The notes: generated from the letters alone by a model not told the origin. A DNA stretch of 64,000 nucleotides from an uncultured Erysipelotrichaceae bacterium (GCA_947166565.1 CAMVEL010000007.1:7323-71322); one strand, 5' to 3'; positions 22,835 to 33,765 are shown, counted from the first letter of the stretch. A program made the numbers and translations.

Positions 22835-23611
22835 ATGCCTTACTTAGATTCGCATTGCCACCTTAATGACGAAAAGCTCATTGAAGATTTAGACGGAGTT
22901 ATTCAAAGAGCCAAAGAAGCTGGTTTAAAGGCTGTTTTGGTTATTGGATATGATATCGATAGCTCTAAAAAGGCAATAGAAATCGCGCATGCATTCGAAG
23001 GCGTTTACGCCGCGGTTGGGATTCACCCAGAGAATTTTGAAGGCCTTTCCTTTGAAGCCTTAGAGTTAATTGAGGAAATGGCCAAAGACGAAAAGGTGGT
23101 TGCCATTGGTGAAATAGGCTTAGATTACCATTGGTATAAAGAAATAGAACATAGAGCAAAACAAAAAGAATGGTTTATCAAGCAGATAGACATGGCAAAC
23201 CGTCTTGGGCTTCCTTGCTCAATTCACGCTAGAGAATGCTTGGGAGACATGTTTGAGATATTAAAGGCCCATCCTATTAAGGCCAATGCCGTTTTACATT
23301 GCTATTCCGGCTCTAAAGAGATGCTTCGAGAATTTGCTAAGCTTGGCTACTACTTCGGCTTCGATGGACCTATAACTTATAAAAACGCCGTGGAACCTCG
23401 CGAATGCGTAAAGGCTTGTCCGTTAGATCGCATTCTGGTCGAAACAGATTCCCCTTATTTGGCCCCCGTTCCTTTTAGAGGCAAGACAAATGAGCCGAAA
23501 AACATACCACATATCGTAGATAAGGTTGCTGAAATCAAAGAAACCAGCGTTGAGGAGATTACGAAAAATGTGTGGAACAATTTCTGCACATTGTTTCATG
23601 TGAAACCATGA
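22835..23611 (+). CDS. tatD: TatD family metal-dependent DNase
   Basis: The N-terminal SHCHL motif is present. It is 258 aa. Confidence 0.9.
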   Translation: MPYLDSHCHLNDEKLIEDLDGVIQRAKEAGLKAVLVIGYDIDSSKKAIEIAHAFEGVYAAVGIHPENFEGLSFEALELIEEMAKDEKVVAIGEIGLDYHWYKEIEHRAKQKEWFIKQIDMANRLGLPCSIHARECLGDMFEILKAHPIKANAVLHCYSGSKEMLREFAKLGYYFGFDGPITYKNAVEPRECVKACPLDRILVETDSPYLAPVPFRGKTNEPKNIPHIVDKVAEIKETSVEEITKNVWNNFCTLFHVKP

Positions 23612-24150
23612 ATAAAAAGGTTTATGAAGGCGTTATAGTGGTGGAAGGAGCCACCGATAAGTTGCTTCTGGAATCTTTCCTCGATACAACAATTGTAACC
23701 ACCAATGGCTCAGATGTTCCACATGAAACAATTAACTATATTAAAGAGCTTGCCAAAACACACTCTGTGGTGGTCTTAACTGATCCTGATAGTCCTGGGA
23801 AAAGAATTAGGGATATCCTTAATTTGGAGATTCCTGGACTCTATCATGCCTACATCCCCAAAGAGAAGGCTATAAAGAAGAATAAAGTCGGTGTTGCCGA
23901 ATCTGATAAAGAGACCATTTTGGAGGCATTAATGCATGCATGTCCCTCTCCTTCTTCTTCCAAGAAAGGGAATTTATCGATACAAGACCTTGTTGATTTA
24001 GGTCTAATCGGAAACGACGGTTCTAGTGGGAAAAGGGATATAATTGCGAAGAAGTTCCATATAGGACACGGAAACGGAAAAGCAACTTTGAAAATGCTCA
24101 ACTCCCTTGGGATTACAAAAGAACAATTAGAGGAAGCCTTGGATGAATAA
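23608..24150 (+). CDS. rnmV: Ribonuclease M5 (Toprim)
   Basis: The Toprim motif VIVVEGATDK is present. The start is set to the internal MNKKVYEG, overlapping the tatD stop. Confidence 0.85.
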   Translation: MNKKVYEGVIVVEGATDKLLLESFLDTTIVTTNGSDVPHETINYIKELAKTHSVVVLTDPDSPGKRIRDILNLEIPGLYHAYIPKEKAIKKNKVGVAESDKETILEALMHACPSPSSSKKGNLSIQDLVDLGLIGNDGSSGKRDIIAKKFHIGHGNGKATLKMLNSLGITKEQLEEALDE

Positions 24151-24970
24151 AGAAGAATATTTTGAAAAAATAAAGGAATACTCTCTTCTTGCCAAAAAGG
24201 AGATTGGACAAAACTTCCTAATTGACCATCGCGTTGCCGAAAGGATCGTCGATGAAGCAAAGATAGCCGAAGGCGACAAAGTTCTTGAAATTGGCTGCGG
24301 CGCTGGGAGCCTAACCTATTTTTTGGCTCATTCCTTAGGAACGATCGATGCAATCGATATCGATGAAGCCATGCTTACCAAAGCCAAAAATGATTTTGAG
24401 AAAGCCGAAAACATCAGGGTCTTTAACGGAAACGCGATGAGGTTTGATTATTCCCCATATTCTTTGATCGTTGGAAACCTGCCTTATTACATTACTTCCG
24501 GAATTGTCGAAAAGGTTCTTTTGGGCGCTAATAATGCGAGGCGTGTAGTCTTTATGGTTCAAAAAGAGGCTTTAGATAGGCTTTTGGCAAAACCCAACAC
24601 AAAAGAATATGGGCCTCTAGCGATTCTAATCGAATTATCGGGGAAGGCCACTAAATTATTTAACGTATCAAGAAACAGTTTTAGTCCTATCCCCCACGTG
24701 GAATCCGCCGTCTTCAAAATAGAGCTCAACCATGAGGTGAATTTACTGCAAGATGTCTATCGTTTGGCAGAATCTCTATTCCTTCAAAGAAGAAAAACAA
24801 TCTACAACAACCTCAAAAACTACTTGGGAAACGGCGATTTAGCAAAAGACATTCTTAAAAAGAATGAAATCGAATTTACAACTCGACCTGAACAATTATT
24901 CCCCAGCCAATATCTTCATCTTTGCGAAGCAATAAAAAATAGTAGAATATCTACACGCCATGAACGTTAA
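24143..24970 (+). CDS. rsmA: 16S rRNA (adenine1518/1519-N6)-dimethyltransferase RsmA/KsgA
   Basis: The GQNFL motif and the SAM-binding motif EIGCGAGSLT are present. Confidence 0.93.
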   Translation: MNKEEYFEKIKEYSLLAKKEIGQNFLIDHRVAERIVDEAKIAEGDKVLEIGCGAGSLTYFLAHSLGTIDAIDIDEAMLTKAKNDFEKAENIRVFNGNAMRFDYSPYSLIVGNLPYYITSGIVEKVLLGANNARRVVFMVQKEALDRLLAKPNTKEYGPLAILIELSGKATKLFNVSRNSFSPIPHVESAVFKIELNHEVNLLQDVYRLAESLFLQRRKTIYNNLKNYLGNGDLAKDILKKNEIEFTTRPEQLFPSQYLHLCEAIKNSRISTRHER

Positions 24971-25808
24971 GTCATATGCCAAAATTAATCTCTCCCTTCG
25001 TGTTGTGGGAAGGAGGGAAAACGGCTATCACGACCTTGAAATGGTCAACCTCCCAATAGAACTCCACGACATTCTCGAAATTTCCATCCTTCCAGATGGA
25101 AGCCCGGATACTTTCGTCACCTGCGATGATATTAGGCTTAATTCCATGAGAGCCAATCTTTGTACAAAGGCCATCGCGGCTTTAAGGGCCAAATATCGCT
25201 TTAAAGAGAACTTTCGCATCCATATCCATAAGGAAATTCCTTTTGCCGCCGGGCTTGGCGGCGGAAGCAGCAATGCCGCTGCCACTATGATGGCCCTCAA
25301 CAAATTGCTCAAATTGGGCGCGACCGAAAGCGAATTGGCGGAAATCGGACTCTCTTTGGGCGCCGATGTCCCTTATTTCATCTACACCAAACCCGCCAAA
25401 GTTACGGGAATTGGGGAAATCATCGAGCCAATTAAAGTTAAGAAAACCTATTATTGCCTAATTGTTAAGCCAGAAAAGGGCCTTTCCACTGACGACGTCT
25501 ATAAGAAATGCGATTCTTTCCAAAGATATGAAATAAACACCGATAAGATCATCGAAGGACTCCGTCTTGGAGACGACCTTTTGATTGAACAAAACATGGG
25601 CAACGATTTAATGCCGCCAGCATCTTCTTTGCTTCCAGATGTAGGGGAAATTTATTCTCAGTTAAGAAAAGCCGGCTTTGGAATTGCCTGCATGTCCGGC
25701 TCCGGATCATCTTTGTTCGCCTTATCCACCGATGCCAAAAAAGTAAGGGACGTCTATCGTCGTTTTGAAAAAACAAACTATACCGCTATCGTAACCAAAA
25801 CTATGTAA
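24960..25808 (+). CDS. ispE: 4-diphosphocytidyl-2-C-methyl-D-erythritol kinase
   Basis: GHMP kinase motif PFAAGLGGGSSNAAA. Confidence 0.9.
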   Translation: MNVKSYAKINLSLRVVGRRENGYHDLEMVNLPIELHDILEISILPDGSPDTFVTCDDIRLNSMRANLCTKAIAALRAKYRFKENFRIHIHKEIPFAAGLGGGSSNAAATMMALNKLLKLGATESELAEIGLSLGADVPYFIYTKPAKVTGIGEIIEPIKVKKTYYCLIVKPEKGLSTDDVYKKCDSFQRYEINTDKIIEGLRLGDDLLIEQNMGNDLMPPASSLLPDVGEIYSQLRKAGFGIACMSGSGSSLFALSTDAKKVRDVYRRFEKTNYTAIVTKTM

Positions 25809-25818
25809 GGAGGTTACT

Positions 25819-27207
25819 ATGGAACTATCTGCCATTATCCTCGCGGGAGGAAAAGGGGCGAGAATGAAATCTCTTCGCCCTGATTTTTCTAAAGCGGCCA
25901 TGCCTATTTTGGGCAAACCAATGATTTTATACGTAATCGACGCTTTAAAGGGTTTGGAACCAATAGGGCTTGTTGCCGTTATTGGGCCAAAAGATACAGT
26001 TATTGAAGGAATCATTAAAAACGAAACCGCCATTATCCATGAACCCAATCAAAAGGGGACCGGCTCTGCTTTAAGATCGGCCCAAGAGGCAATAAAGGAA
26101 AAGGGTGGAATCACCATCGTTTGTAGAAGCGACACCCCTCTTATCACCACCAAAACTCTTAAGGCTTTGGTCTCAAGCCATCTTACCAACCATAACGATG
26201 TAACTGTTCTTTCTGCTAATTATGATGACCCATACGGATTCTCAAGAATCAAAAAAGAGCAAGGGCGTGTCCTCAAAATCGTTAATCAGCGCGATTGTTC
26301 TTTGGAAGAGGACACCATACACGAAGTCAATGCCGGCATCTATGTATTTAATAACTTCGTTTTAGAAGAAGGTTTTGAGAGATTCTTCAAAGAGGAATCT
26401 AATCAGGAACCTTCGATTAGCGATCTCATTAACGTCCTAATTGAAAATCAAATGAAGGTCGGCGTCTTCCTTTCCGCGGACAAGATGGAAACTATCGATG
26501 TTAACGATAGATACGTTTTGTCCAAAGCCGAAAAGGCGATGCGCGAAAGGATTAATAAGCGCTTAATGCTTTCTGGCGTCACCATTGCTGATCCGGATAC
26601 TACATATATAGGCGCGGATGTCGTTATTCAAAACGATACGACAATCTACCCAAACACCACCATTTTTGGAGATTCTAGGATTGGAAGAGATAACTTAATT
26701 GGTCCCGACACTTACCTAAATAATGTAAAAATCGGTAATCAAAACAAAATTACCTTCTCGCACATCGATGATTGCGTAATAGGGTCTTTCAACGAACTTG
26801 GCCCCTACCTTAGAATGCGTAATGGGTGCGTTATCAAAGATAAAACTCTAATTGGCAATTTCAACGAATTGAAGAACGCCCGTGTCGGCAGCGTTTCCAG
26901 GGCTTCCCACCTATCTTATTTAGGCGATGTGACGATTGGCGAAGACGTCAACATCGGATGCGGAACTATAGTCGCGAATTTCGATGGAGTAAACAAATTC
27001 AGCAGCGTTATCAAAGATAAAGCCTTTGTAGGATCTGGCTCCACCATAATTTCTCCCGTAACGGTTGGAGAGGATGCTTTTATCGCCGCGGGAAGCGTTA
27101 TAAACCATGATGTTGGCGACGGAGATATGGGTATAGCCAGGGCGAGACAAGAGAACAAGGAAAAATATTCCGCCGTCCTAAAAAACAAGGCGTTGAGCAA
27201 GAAATAG
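25819..27207 (+). CDS. glmU: Bifunctional GlmU (UDP-GlcNAc pyrophosphorylase / GlcN-1-P acetyltransferase)
   Basis: The N-terminal LAGGKGARM motif and C-terminal hexapeptide repeats are present. Confidence 0.93.
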   Translation: MELSAIILAGGKGARMKSLRPDFSKAAMPILGKPMILYVIDALKGLEPIGLVAVIGPKDTVIEGIIKNETAIIHEPNQKGTGSALRSAQEAIKEKGGITIVCRSDTPLITTKTLKALVSSHLTNHNDVTVLSANYDDPYGFSRIKKEQGRVLKIVNQRDCSLEEDTIHEVNAGIYVFNNFVLEEGFERFFKEESNQEPSISDLINVLIENQMKVGVFLSADKMETIDVNDRYVLSKAEKAMRERINKRLMLSGVTIADPDTTYIGADVVIQNDTTIYPNTTIFGDSRIGRDNLIGPDTYLNNVKIGNQNKITFSHIDDCVIGSFNELGPYLRMRNGCVIKDKTLIGNFNELKNARVGSVSRASHLSYLGDVTIGEDVNIGCGTIVANFDGVNKFSSVIKDKAFVGSGSTIISPVTVGEDAFIAAGSVINHDVGDGDMGIARARQENKEKYSAVLKNKALSKK

Positions 27208-27253
27208 GCCTAAATGCTCTTTAAGAATTTGTTTTTTTCAATATAATTGCGGC

Positions 27254-28627
27254 ATGAAAAGCAAGAAGCACCTTTCGTTTTCAACTAAAGTTGTGGCCGT
27301 AGTTTCGGGCTTCCTTTTGGTTGTTGATTTAGCGATCGGGACCATAATGATGGTCACCTCAATAAAAAGGATGCAAGGCGTTATCCAAAATAAGGTTCTT
27401 GAGGTTTCCGCAACAGCCGCCGCGCTTCTTGATGGCGATTCCATAAAAGCTCTCACAAAAGACGACCACGATAACAAAACCGAGCCATACATGAAGGCTT
27501 ATAACACCCTTTCGGCCTTCAAGACCAGCGCTGTCGACGGACATGGTGAGCTCGCTTTCATTTATGTTCTCGTCCAAAGGGAAGATAACAAAATCGTCTT
27601 TTCCATCGACCCAAGCGATGATCCCGGCGTTTTCCTTGAAGAGGAAACCATATATACCACCGCTTTGTTAAATGCCTTCAAAGGTCAACCTGGTTTCGAT
27701 GATCAGGCTTATCAAGATAGATGGGGCCTTCTTTATACTGGCTATGCCCCCATATTTGGTTCAGACAAAGAGACCGTTAAAGCCGTCGCCTGCGCAGACG
27801 TTTGGGCTAGTTGGTATCAAAGGGAAGTTACCACCAACGGCCTTGCGATGTTCATCATGACCTTCGTCACCATTCTTCTAGGCGGAGGCGTCGCTTTGAC
27901 TTTGGCCGGGAGGATTAAGGGTCGCCTTGACGCTTTGAACGGCGAGATGATTGATTTGCAAGAAGACGTTGAATTGCTTTTGAAGGATATTAGGGAGCCC
28001 GCTAATATCTATGGCATCGATACCAAAGACGAAAGCGAGACAATTGGGGAGATTGCCGCGCTTAAAGAACAAATCGGATCAGCCAGGATTGGACTAAAGA
28101 AATACATTGCTTATATGCATAAGCAGGCCTATACCGATCAATTGACCGGAATTGGCAATAGGAATGGCTATTTTGAAAAGACCTCCGCTTTGGACGAGAA
28201 GATTAAAAACGGCGAGAATCCCAAGTTTTCCCTCGTTCTTTTCGATATCGACCTCCTCAAGGAAGTTAACGATAGTTATGGTCATGAAGTCGGTGACAAA
28301 AATATTGAATCCATTGGGAAGGCCGTTTCTAAAATCTTCGGAGAAGGCCGTTCCTTCCGTATCGGCGGGGATGAAATCGCCGTTATCTTGGAAGATATAA
28401 ACGAAGAAGAAACCAAAAAACTCATAGAGGAATTCGAAGTCACCTTTGCCAAGGAGAACCCTGATGGCATTGCTAAATACGGATTCAGCACCTCCAAAGG
28501 TTATGCGTCCTTTGACCCAGAAATTGACGAAGATTATTCGAATGTCTTCAAGAGAGCGGACAAGAACATGTATGCCGAAAAGGCTAAATACCATAGCAAG
28601 ATAAAAGCGAAAAAGGAAAAGAAATAA
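27254..28627 (+). CDS. Membrane-anchored sensor diguanylate cyclase (GGDEF domain, variant GGDEI)
   Basis: Two TM segments flank an extracytoplasmic domain. DQLTGIGNR and RIGGDEIAV motifs are present. Confidence 0.85.
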   Translation: MKSKKHLSFSTKVVAVVSGFLLVVDLAIGTIMMVTSIKRMQGVIQNKVLEVSATAAALLDGDSIKALTKDDHDNKTEPYMKAYNTLSAFKTSAVDGHGELAFIYVLVQREDNKIVFSIDPSDDPGVFLEEETIYTTALLNAFKGQPGFDDQAYQDRWGLLYTGYAPIFGSDKETVKAVACADVWASWYQREVTTNGLAMFIMTFVTILLGGGVALTLAGRIKGRLDALNGEMIDLQEDVELLLKDIREPANIYGIDTKDESETIGEIAALKEQIGSARIGLKKYIAYMHKQAYTDQLTGIGNRNGYFEKTSALDEKIKNGENPKFSLVLFDIDLLKEVNDSYGHEVGDKNIESIGKAVSKIFGEGRSFRIGGDEIAVILEDINEEETKKLIEEFEVTFAKENPDGIAKYGFSTSKGYASFDPEIDEDYSNVFKRADKNMYAEKAKYHSKIKAKKEKK

Positions 28628-28658
28628 GGAAGGGAAAAATGAACCCTTCCTTTTCTTT
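28627..28658 (+). terminator. Rho-independent terminator of the GGDEF gene
   Basis: Stem GGAAGGG / CCCTTCC followed by TTTTCTTT. Confidence 0.7.
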
Positions 28659-28700
28659 AAAAAGCCTTTAATTTTTAAATTTCGTTTGATTTTTGCAAAG

Positions 28701-28730
28701 AAAAACCCCGTCGCTTTGATGGCGACGGGG
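28701..28730 (-). terminator. Rho-independent terminator of ppdK
   Basis: Stem CCCCGTCGC / GCGACGGGG followed by a U-run on the minus strand. Confidence 0.8.
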
Positions 28731-28747
28731 CGTTCATTTAAGAAACC

Positions 28748-31396
28748 TTATTTGCTCTTGTTGAGGATGGCAGCTTGGGCCGCGGCAAGGCGGGCAAGTG
28801 GGACACGGAACGGAGAGCAAGAGACATAGTCGAGACCGACTTTGTCATAGAAGATGATGGACGCTGGGTCGCCACCGGTTTCGCCACAGACACCGATGAG
28901 GAGGTTTGGGTTGGTGGCGCGACCACGTTCAACAGCGATCTTAACGAGTTCGCCAACGCCTTCGATATCGATGGTCTGGAATGGATCGAATTCGTAGATC
29001 TTCTTCTGCTGATAGGTTGGGAGGAACTGGCCAGAGTCATCACGGGAGAAGCCCATGGTGAGCTGGGTGAGGTCGTTGGTTCCGAAGGAGAAGAACTCTG
29101 CTTCCTGAGCAAGTTTGCCGGCCTGGAGAGCGCCTCTTGGGACCTCGATCATGGTACCGACGTGGTAGACGAGCTTCTTGTCGTGGAGGCCCATTTCCTT
29201 TTCGACGGCATTGACGACGACGTCTTTCGCAAACTTGAGTTCGCGGAGTTCGCCGGCAAGAGGAATCATAATTTCTGGTTCGACGTCTTTGCCGATTTCG
29301 GCAGAAGCCTTGTAGGCGGCTTGGACGATAGCCTTGGCAAGGGTCGCATAGATTTCCGGATAAGCGACGCAGAGACGTACGCCACGGAAGCCCATCATTG
29401 GGTTGGCTTGCTGGAGCTGATTGATACGATCGACGACTTTCTGTTCGGAGACGCCAAGCTTGGCGGCGAGGTCGGCGATGTTCTTCTTGTCACCAAGTTC
29501 TGGGAGGAACTCGTGTAGTGGTGGGTCAAGGAGACGGATGTTGACAAGCGAATCTGGGTTGGCGAGATACATCTTGTAGAAGTCATCCATCAAGAATGGA
29601 CGGATTCTCTCAAGGGCGGCTTCGCGTTGCTCGGTCGTGTCGGAAAGAATCATGGCACGCATATTGAGGATGCGGTCATCCGCGAAGAACATACGTTCGG
29701 TGCGGCATAGACCAATGCCTTCGGCACCAAACTTCTTGGCGTTGTTGGCATCTTCTGGAGTATTGCAGTTGGCGCGGATCTTGAGGCGACGATATTTGTC
29801 GGACCAAGCCATCATACGGCCAAAGTCACCACCGAGATCGGCGGGGATCATTGGGATGGAGCCTTCGTAGACGGCACCGGTGGAGCCGTTGACGGAGATG
29901 ACGTCGCCTTCTTTGTAGACCTTGCCGTTGACGGTCATGGTCTTGGCTTCTTCGTTGATGATTGCAGAGGTGCAACCGGCAACGCAGCATTTACCCATGG
30001 AACGGGCAACGACAGCGGCGTGGGAAGTCATGCCACCGCGAGCGGTGACGATAGCTTCGGAGTTAACCATACCGATGATATCCTCTGGGGAGGTTTCGGC
30101 ACGGCAGAGAACGACCTTGACGCCTTTGTCATGGAGTTCTTTGCACTCCTCGGCGGTAAAGACGATTTGTCCGGTTCCAGCGCCTGGAGAGGCTGGGAGA
30201 CCAACGACGAATGGGGTGACTTTCTTTTCTTCGGCTGGGTCGAAGGTTGGGTGGAGAAGGTCATTCAATTGCTTTGGCTCGACGCGAAGAACGGCTTCTT
30301 CTTCGGAGATGAGGCCTTCGTCGACGAGATCGCAGGCGATCTTGAGGGCGGCGCGAGCGGTACGCTTACCATTACGGGTCTGTAAGAAGTAAAGGACGCC
30401 TTTTTCGATGGTGTATTCCATGTCTTGCATATCACGGAAATAGTTTTCCATCTTCTTGATTGTTTCAATGAATTGCTTGTAGACGTCTGGCATACGCTTG
30501 GCAAGTTCGTCGATATGGAGCGGGGTGCGAACACCGGCGACGACGTCTTCGCCCTGAGCGTTTGGAAGGAATTCGGCGTAGATTTTCTTTTCACCGGTGG
30601 ATGGGTTACGGGAGAAGGCAACACCAGTTCCGGAATCTTCGCCCATGTTACCGAAGACCATCGTTTGAACGTTGACGGCGGTTCCCCATTCATATGGGAT
30701 GCCGTTCATCAAACGATAGACGTTGGCGCGTTCGTTGTCCCAGCTACGGAAGACGGCGGAAACCGCTTCGCGGAGTTGGACGTATGGATCGGAGGGGAAT
30801 TCCTCTCCGAAGACGCTGCGATAGTATTCCTTGTAAGCCTTGACGAGCTCTTTGAGTTGAGGAACGGTGACTTCGGTGTCGAGTTTGTAGCCGTTGTCCT
30901 CTTTGATTTTGTCAAGCATCGCATCCATTTTGGTGCGTGGATGACCTTTGGCGATGTTCGTGAACATCAAGATGAAACGACGATAGGAGTCCCAAGCGAA
31001 CCTTTCGTTGCCGGTGGCGGCGATGAGTTCTTCGACGGTCTTATCGTTGGAACCAAGGTTGAGGATGGTATCCATCATGCCAGGCATGGACATCCTGGCG
31101 CCGGAACGGACGGAGACGAGCAAAGGCATTCCCTTTCCTCCTCCGAAGGATTTTCCGGAGTTCCTTTCAATTTCGTGGACGTGGTTCACGATGTCTTCCC
31201 ACACATAATCCGGGATGTTCTTTCCGGATTCATAGTAGAGGTTGCATGCTTCGGTGGAGATGGTGAAGCCCTGAGGAATGTTAATTCCAGCGGCGGTCAT
31301 CTCAGCAAGGCCGAAGCCCTTTCCACCAAGGATCTCTTTGCCGATTTTGGCTTCGCGAGCCTCCTTGAAGGAGTAAACATACTTCTTATTTGCCAT
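28748..31396 (-). CDS. ppdK: Pyruvate, phosphate dikinase
   Basis: It is 882 aa with the phospho-His motif GGMTSHAAVVARSMG and a PEP-utilising C-terminal domain. Confidence 0.96.
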   Translation of the reverse strand: MANKKYVYSFKEAREAKIGKEILGGKGFGLAEMTAAGINIPQGFTISTEACNLYYESGKNIPDYVWEDIVNHVHEIERNSGKSFGGGKGMPLLVSVRSGARMSMPGMMDTILNLGSNDKTVEELIAATGNERFAWDSYRRFILMFTNIAKGHPRTKMDAMLDKIKEDNGYKLDTEVTVPQLKELVKAYKEYYRSVFGEEFPSDPYVQLREAVSAVFRSWDNERANVYRLMNGIPYEWGTAVNVQTMVFGNMGEDSGTGVAFSRNPSTGEKKIYAEFLPNAQGEDVVAGVRTPLHIDELAKRMPDVYKQFIETIKKMENYFRDMQDMEYTIEKGVLYFLQTRNGKRTARAALKIACDLVDEGLISEEEAVLRVEPKQLNDLLHPTFDPAEEKKVTPFVVGLPASPGAGTGQIVFTAEECKELHDKGVKVVLCRAETSPEDIIGMVNSEAIVTARGGMTSHAAVVARSMGKCCVAGCTSAIINEEAKTMTVNGKVYKEGDVISVNGSTGAVYEGSIPMIPADLGGDFGRMMAWSDKYRRLKIRANCNTPEDANNAKKFGAEGIGLCRTERMFFADDRILNMRAMILSDTTEQREAALERIRPFLMDDFYKMYLANPDSLVNIRLLDPPLHEFLPELGDKKNIADLAAKLGVSEQKVVDRINQLQQANPMMGFRGVRLCVAYPEIYATLAKAIVQAAYKASAEIGKDVEPEIMIPLAGELRELKFAKDVVVNAVEKEMGLHDKKLVYHVGTMIEVPRGALQAGKLAQEAEFFSFGTNDLTQLTMGFSRDDSGQFLPTYQQKKIYEFDPFQTIDIEGVGELVKIAVERGRATNPNLLIGVCGETGGDPASIIFYDKVGLDYVSCSPFRVPLARLAAAQAAILNKSK

Positions 31397-31596
31397 TTTT
31401 TCCTCCTAATGACTGAAGTAGGGCTAGGTTGCCCAACGGGTTAAGTGTATCACATAGAGGCTTATTCATTGAATAAGGAAGTTGAATAATAGGCCACGTA
31501 AGCCATTTATTTTTTATGAAAACGCTTCGAAAGCCCCTTTTGGGCAAATGTCATCAAGTTGCTTTTATCAGTTTTTGTCCTAAGATTAATAATGAT

Positions 31597-33153
31597 ATGA
31601 AAAACAATGACGATTTGGTTTTGACGATAGATTTCGGGACGCAGTCGGTGCGTGTTTCCATTTTCGATAGTCATGGAAATGTTTTGGCTCAGGAAAAGCA
31701 ACATTACGAAAAACCCTATTTTTCGACCAAGCCTGGCTATGCCGAACAATACCCAAACGTCTATTTCGATAAAATGGCCGAGGCAAGCAAGCGGATAATA
31801 TCCGAACATTCTGAGCTTGTAAAAAAAATTAAAGGTCTTTCCATGACTTGCTTCCGCGATACCGCGGTCTATCTTGATAAAAACAGGAACATCATCCGCC
31901 CAACCATCCTTTGGCTTGACCAACGTTATGCCAAATGCGAGAAAAAGCTCCCTCTCCTCTCCAGGGCCGCCTTTAAGTTGGTGGGCATGGATGAGGTAAT
32001 TAGAATGAACCGTCGCAGAACGGCGATGAACTGGATCAAGGAAAACGAACCGGAGAACTTTGAAAAAATTGATAAGTATGTGGCGATTTCCACATATTTC
32101 ATTTACCGTCTAACCGGAAATCTAAAGGATTCCGCGTCTGATTACACGGGCCATTACCCAATAGATTTCAAAAAAGGACAATTCTACAAAAAGCCCGAAA
32201 AACACCTACAGGGTCAAATATTTTCCATAAAAAAGGGACAACTGTGCGAGCTCGTTCCGGGTTTATCACTATTAGGGAATGTTACCGAAGAAGCTTCCAG
32301 ATTAACCGGAATCCCGGCAGGGCTACCGATGTATGCCGCTGGTAGCGACAAGGCTTGCGAAACCTTGGGGTCTGGGGTTATTGATGAGACTTCTCTTGCC
32401 GTATCCCTAGGTACCGCCTGCACCATTGAGACGACGATGGAGCGCTATGTGGGGCCGGATAAGTTCCTTCCCGCTTATCCGTTTGTTTTGCCAAACCACT
32501 TCAATATGGATTTCCAAATCTACCGTGGATTTTGGATGATCAATTGGTTCCTTAAGGAATTTGGGGCCCAAACGATAGCCGATTTGATGGCGGAGGAGCA
32601 AGGGGACCCAACTAGGTTTAACGAAGGTCTTAAATCGGTTCCCCCTGGTTCCGATGGTCTTTTGCTTCAGCCATATTGGGGCTCCCAATTGGATAGGCCC
32701 CTTGTCAAAGGCGCGATTGTCGGGTTCTCCGATTCCACGACCCAGATGCACTTCTACCGTTCCTTAATCGAAGGCATTGCCTTTGAACTTAGGGGAGCGA
32801 AAGAAAGATTTGAGAAAAACCTCAAGCACCCATTCGATAAAATCCATATCGCTGGAGGTGGCGCCGTTTCGGACGAAGTGTGCCAAATTATGGCGGACAT
32901 CCTCTATTTGCCGGTCTCTAGAGCCCAAACGATTGAAACCTCTTCTTTAGGTGCGGCCATGTCCGCTTATATCGCCATGGGAACATATACCGTTAAAGAA
33001 GCCAAGGAAAATATGCTTAGGGAAACCAAGACCTTCGAACCAAACCCCGAAAATAAAAAGACGTATGACGACCTCTACCAAAACGCTTATTCCAAGCTTT
33101 ACAGTAGTTTGTCGGACATCTACGCCTTCTTGTTCAAGTTCAACGATAAATAA
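31597..33153 (+). CDS. FGGY-family carbohydrate kinase (xylulokinase/glycerol-kinase-like)
   Basis: The N-terminal motif is LTIDFGTQSVR. The start is set to MKNNDDLV rather than the extended 31516 start. Confidence 0.8.
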   Translation: MKNNDDLVLTIDFGTQSVRVSIFDSHGNVLAQEKQHYEKPYFSTKPGYAEQYPNVYFDKMAEASKRIISEHSELVKKIKGLSMTCFRDTAVYLDKNRNIIRPTILWLDQRYAKCEKKLPLLSRAAFKLVGMDEVIRMNRRRTAMNWIKENEPENFEKIDKYVAISTYFIYRLTGNLKDSASDYTGHYPIDFKKGQFYKKPEKHLQGQIFSIKKGQLCELVPGLSLLGNVTEEASRLTGIPAGLPMYAAGSDKACETLGSGVIDETSLAVSLGTACTIETTMERYVGPDKFLPAYPFVLPNHFNMDFQIYRGFWMINWFLKEFGAQTIADLMAEEQGDPTRFNEGLKSVPPGSDGLLLQPYWGSQLDRPLVKGAIVGFSDSTTQMHFYRSLIEGIAFELRGAKERFEKNLKHPFDKIHIAGGGAVSDEVCQIMADILYLPVSRAQTIETSSLGAAMSAYIAMGTYTVKEAKENMLRETKTFEPNPENKKTYDDLYQNAYSKLYSSLSDIYAFLFKFNDK

Positions 33154-33765
33154 TTAGTCGATTCTTTCGCCGACTAAAGCCATTCCAAGAATCACGTCGC
33201 TAGAAACGACCGGAGATTTTTTGCCGTCGTTGACCAACCTTAGAAAGTTGTTCGCGATGATGTCGGTTAGGCCCAACGCGATTTCCTTTGGATCTCCTGG
33301 GATGATTTTCTTCTCTTTTTGTCCTTGCTCAATAAGAACGCAGACGGTTTCGTAGAGGTTATTTTCCGAAATAAATGGAATTATGGTTTCGGGAACGTCC
33401 TCGATTTGGCTTGTTTGGCAAGCAAGCCAAGCGGTGTTGAAGACGCTTGGTCCGGCGGTCCACACGCTATTGAAGAAAGAGAGGAGGACTTTAAGCCCTG
33501 CTACTCCTTTGGCCTCAAGGGCTTTATGGCATGGGGCGTAATAAGAGGAAGGGACGATTATTTCGTCAACGATGGCGGCGAGAATCTCCGCTTTGTTATC
33601 GAAATAATGGTAGAAGAGTCCATGGGAGCATCGGGCGTCTTTGGTGATATCATCAACCGAGGCCTCGTTGTAACCCTTGGTGGCAAACACGCGGATTGCG
33701 GCACGAATTATCTTGGCACGACGACGGTCTTTGATTTGCTGATTCTGTTCATCTGTACGTGGCAT
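33154..33765 (-). CDS. TetR/AcrR family transcriptional regulator
   Basis: The N-terminal HTH VDDITKDARCSHGLFYHYF is present. The start is probably MPRTDEQ. Confidence 0.85.
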   Translation of the reverse strand: MPRTDEQNQQIKDRRRAKIIRAAIRVFATKGYNEASVDDITKDARCSHGLFYHYFDNKAEILAAIVDEIIVPSSYYAPCHKALEAKGVAGLKVLLSFFNSVWTAGPSVFNTAWLACQTSQIEDVPETIIPFISENNLYETVCVLIEQGQKEKKIIPGDPKEIALGLTDIIANNFLRLVNDGKKSPVVSSDVILGMALVGERID

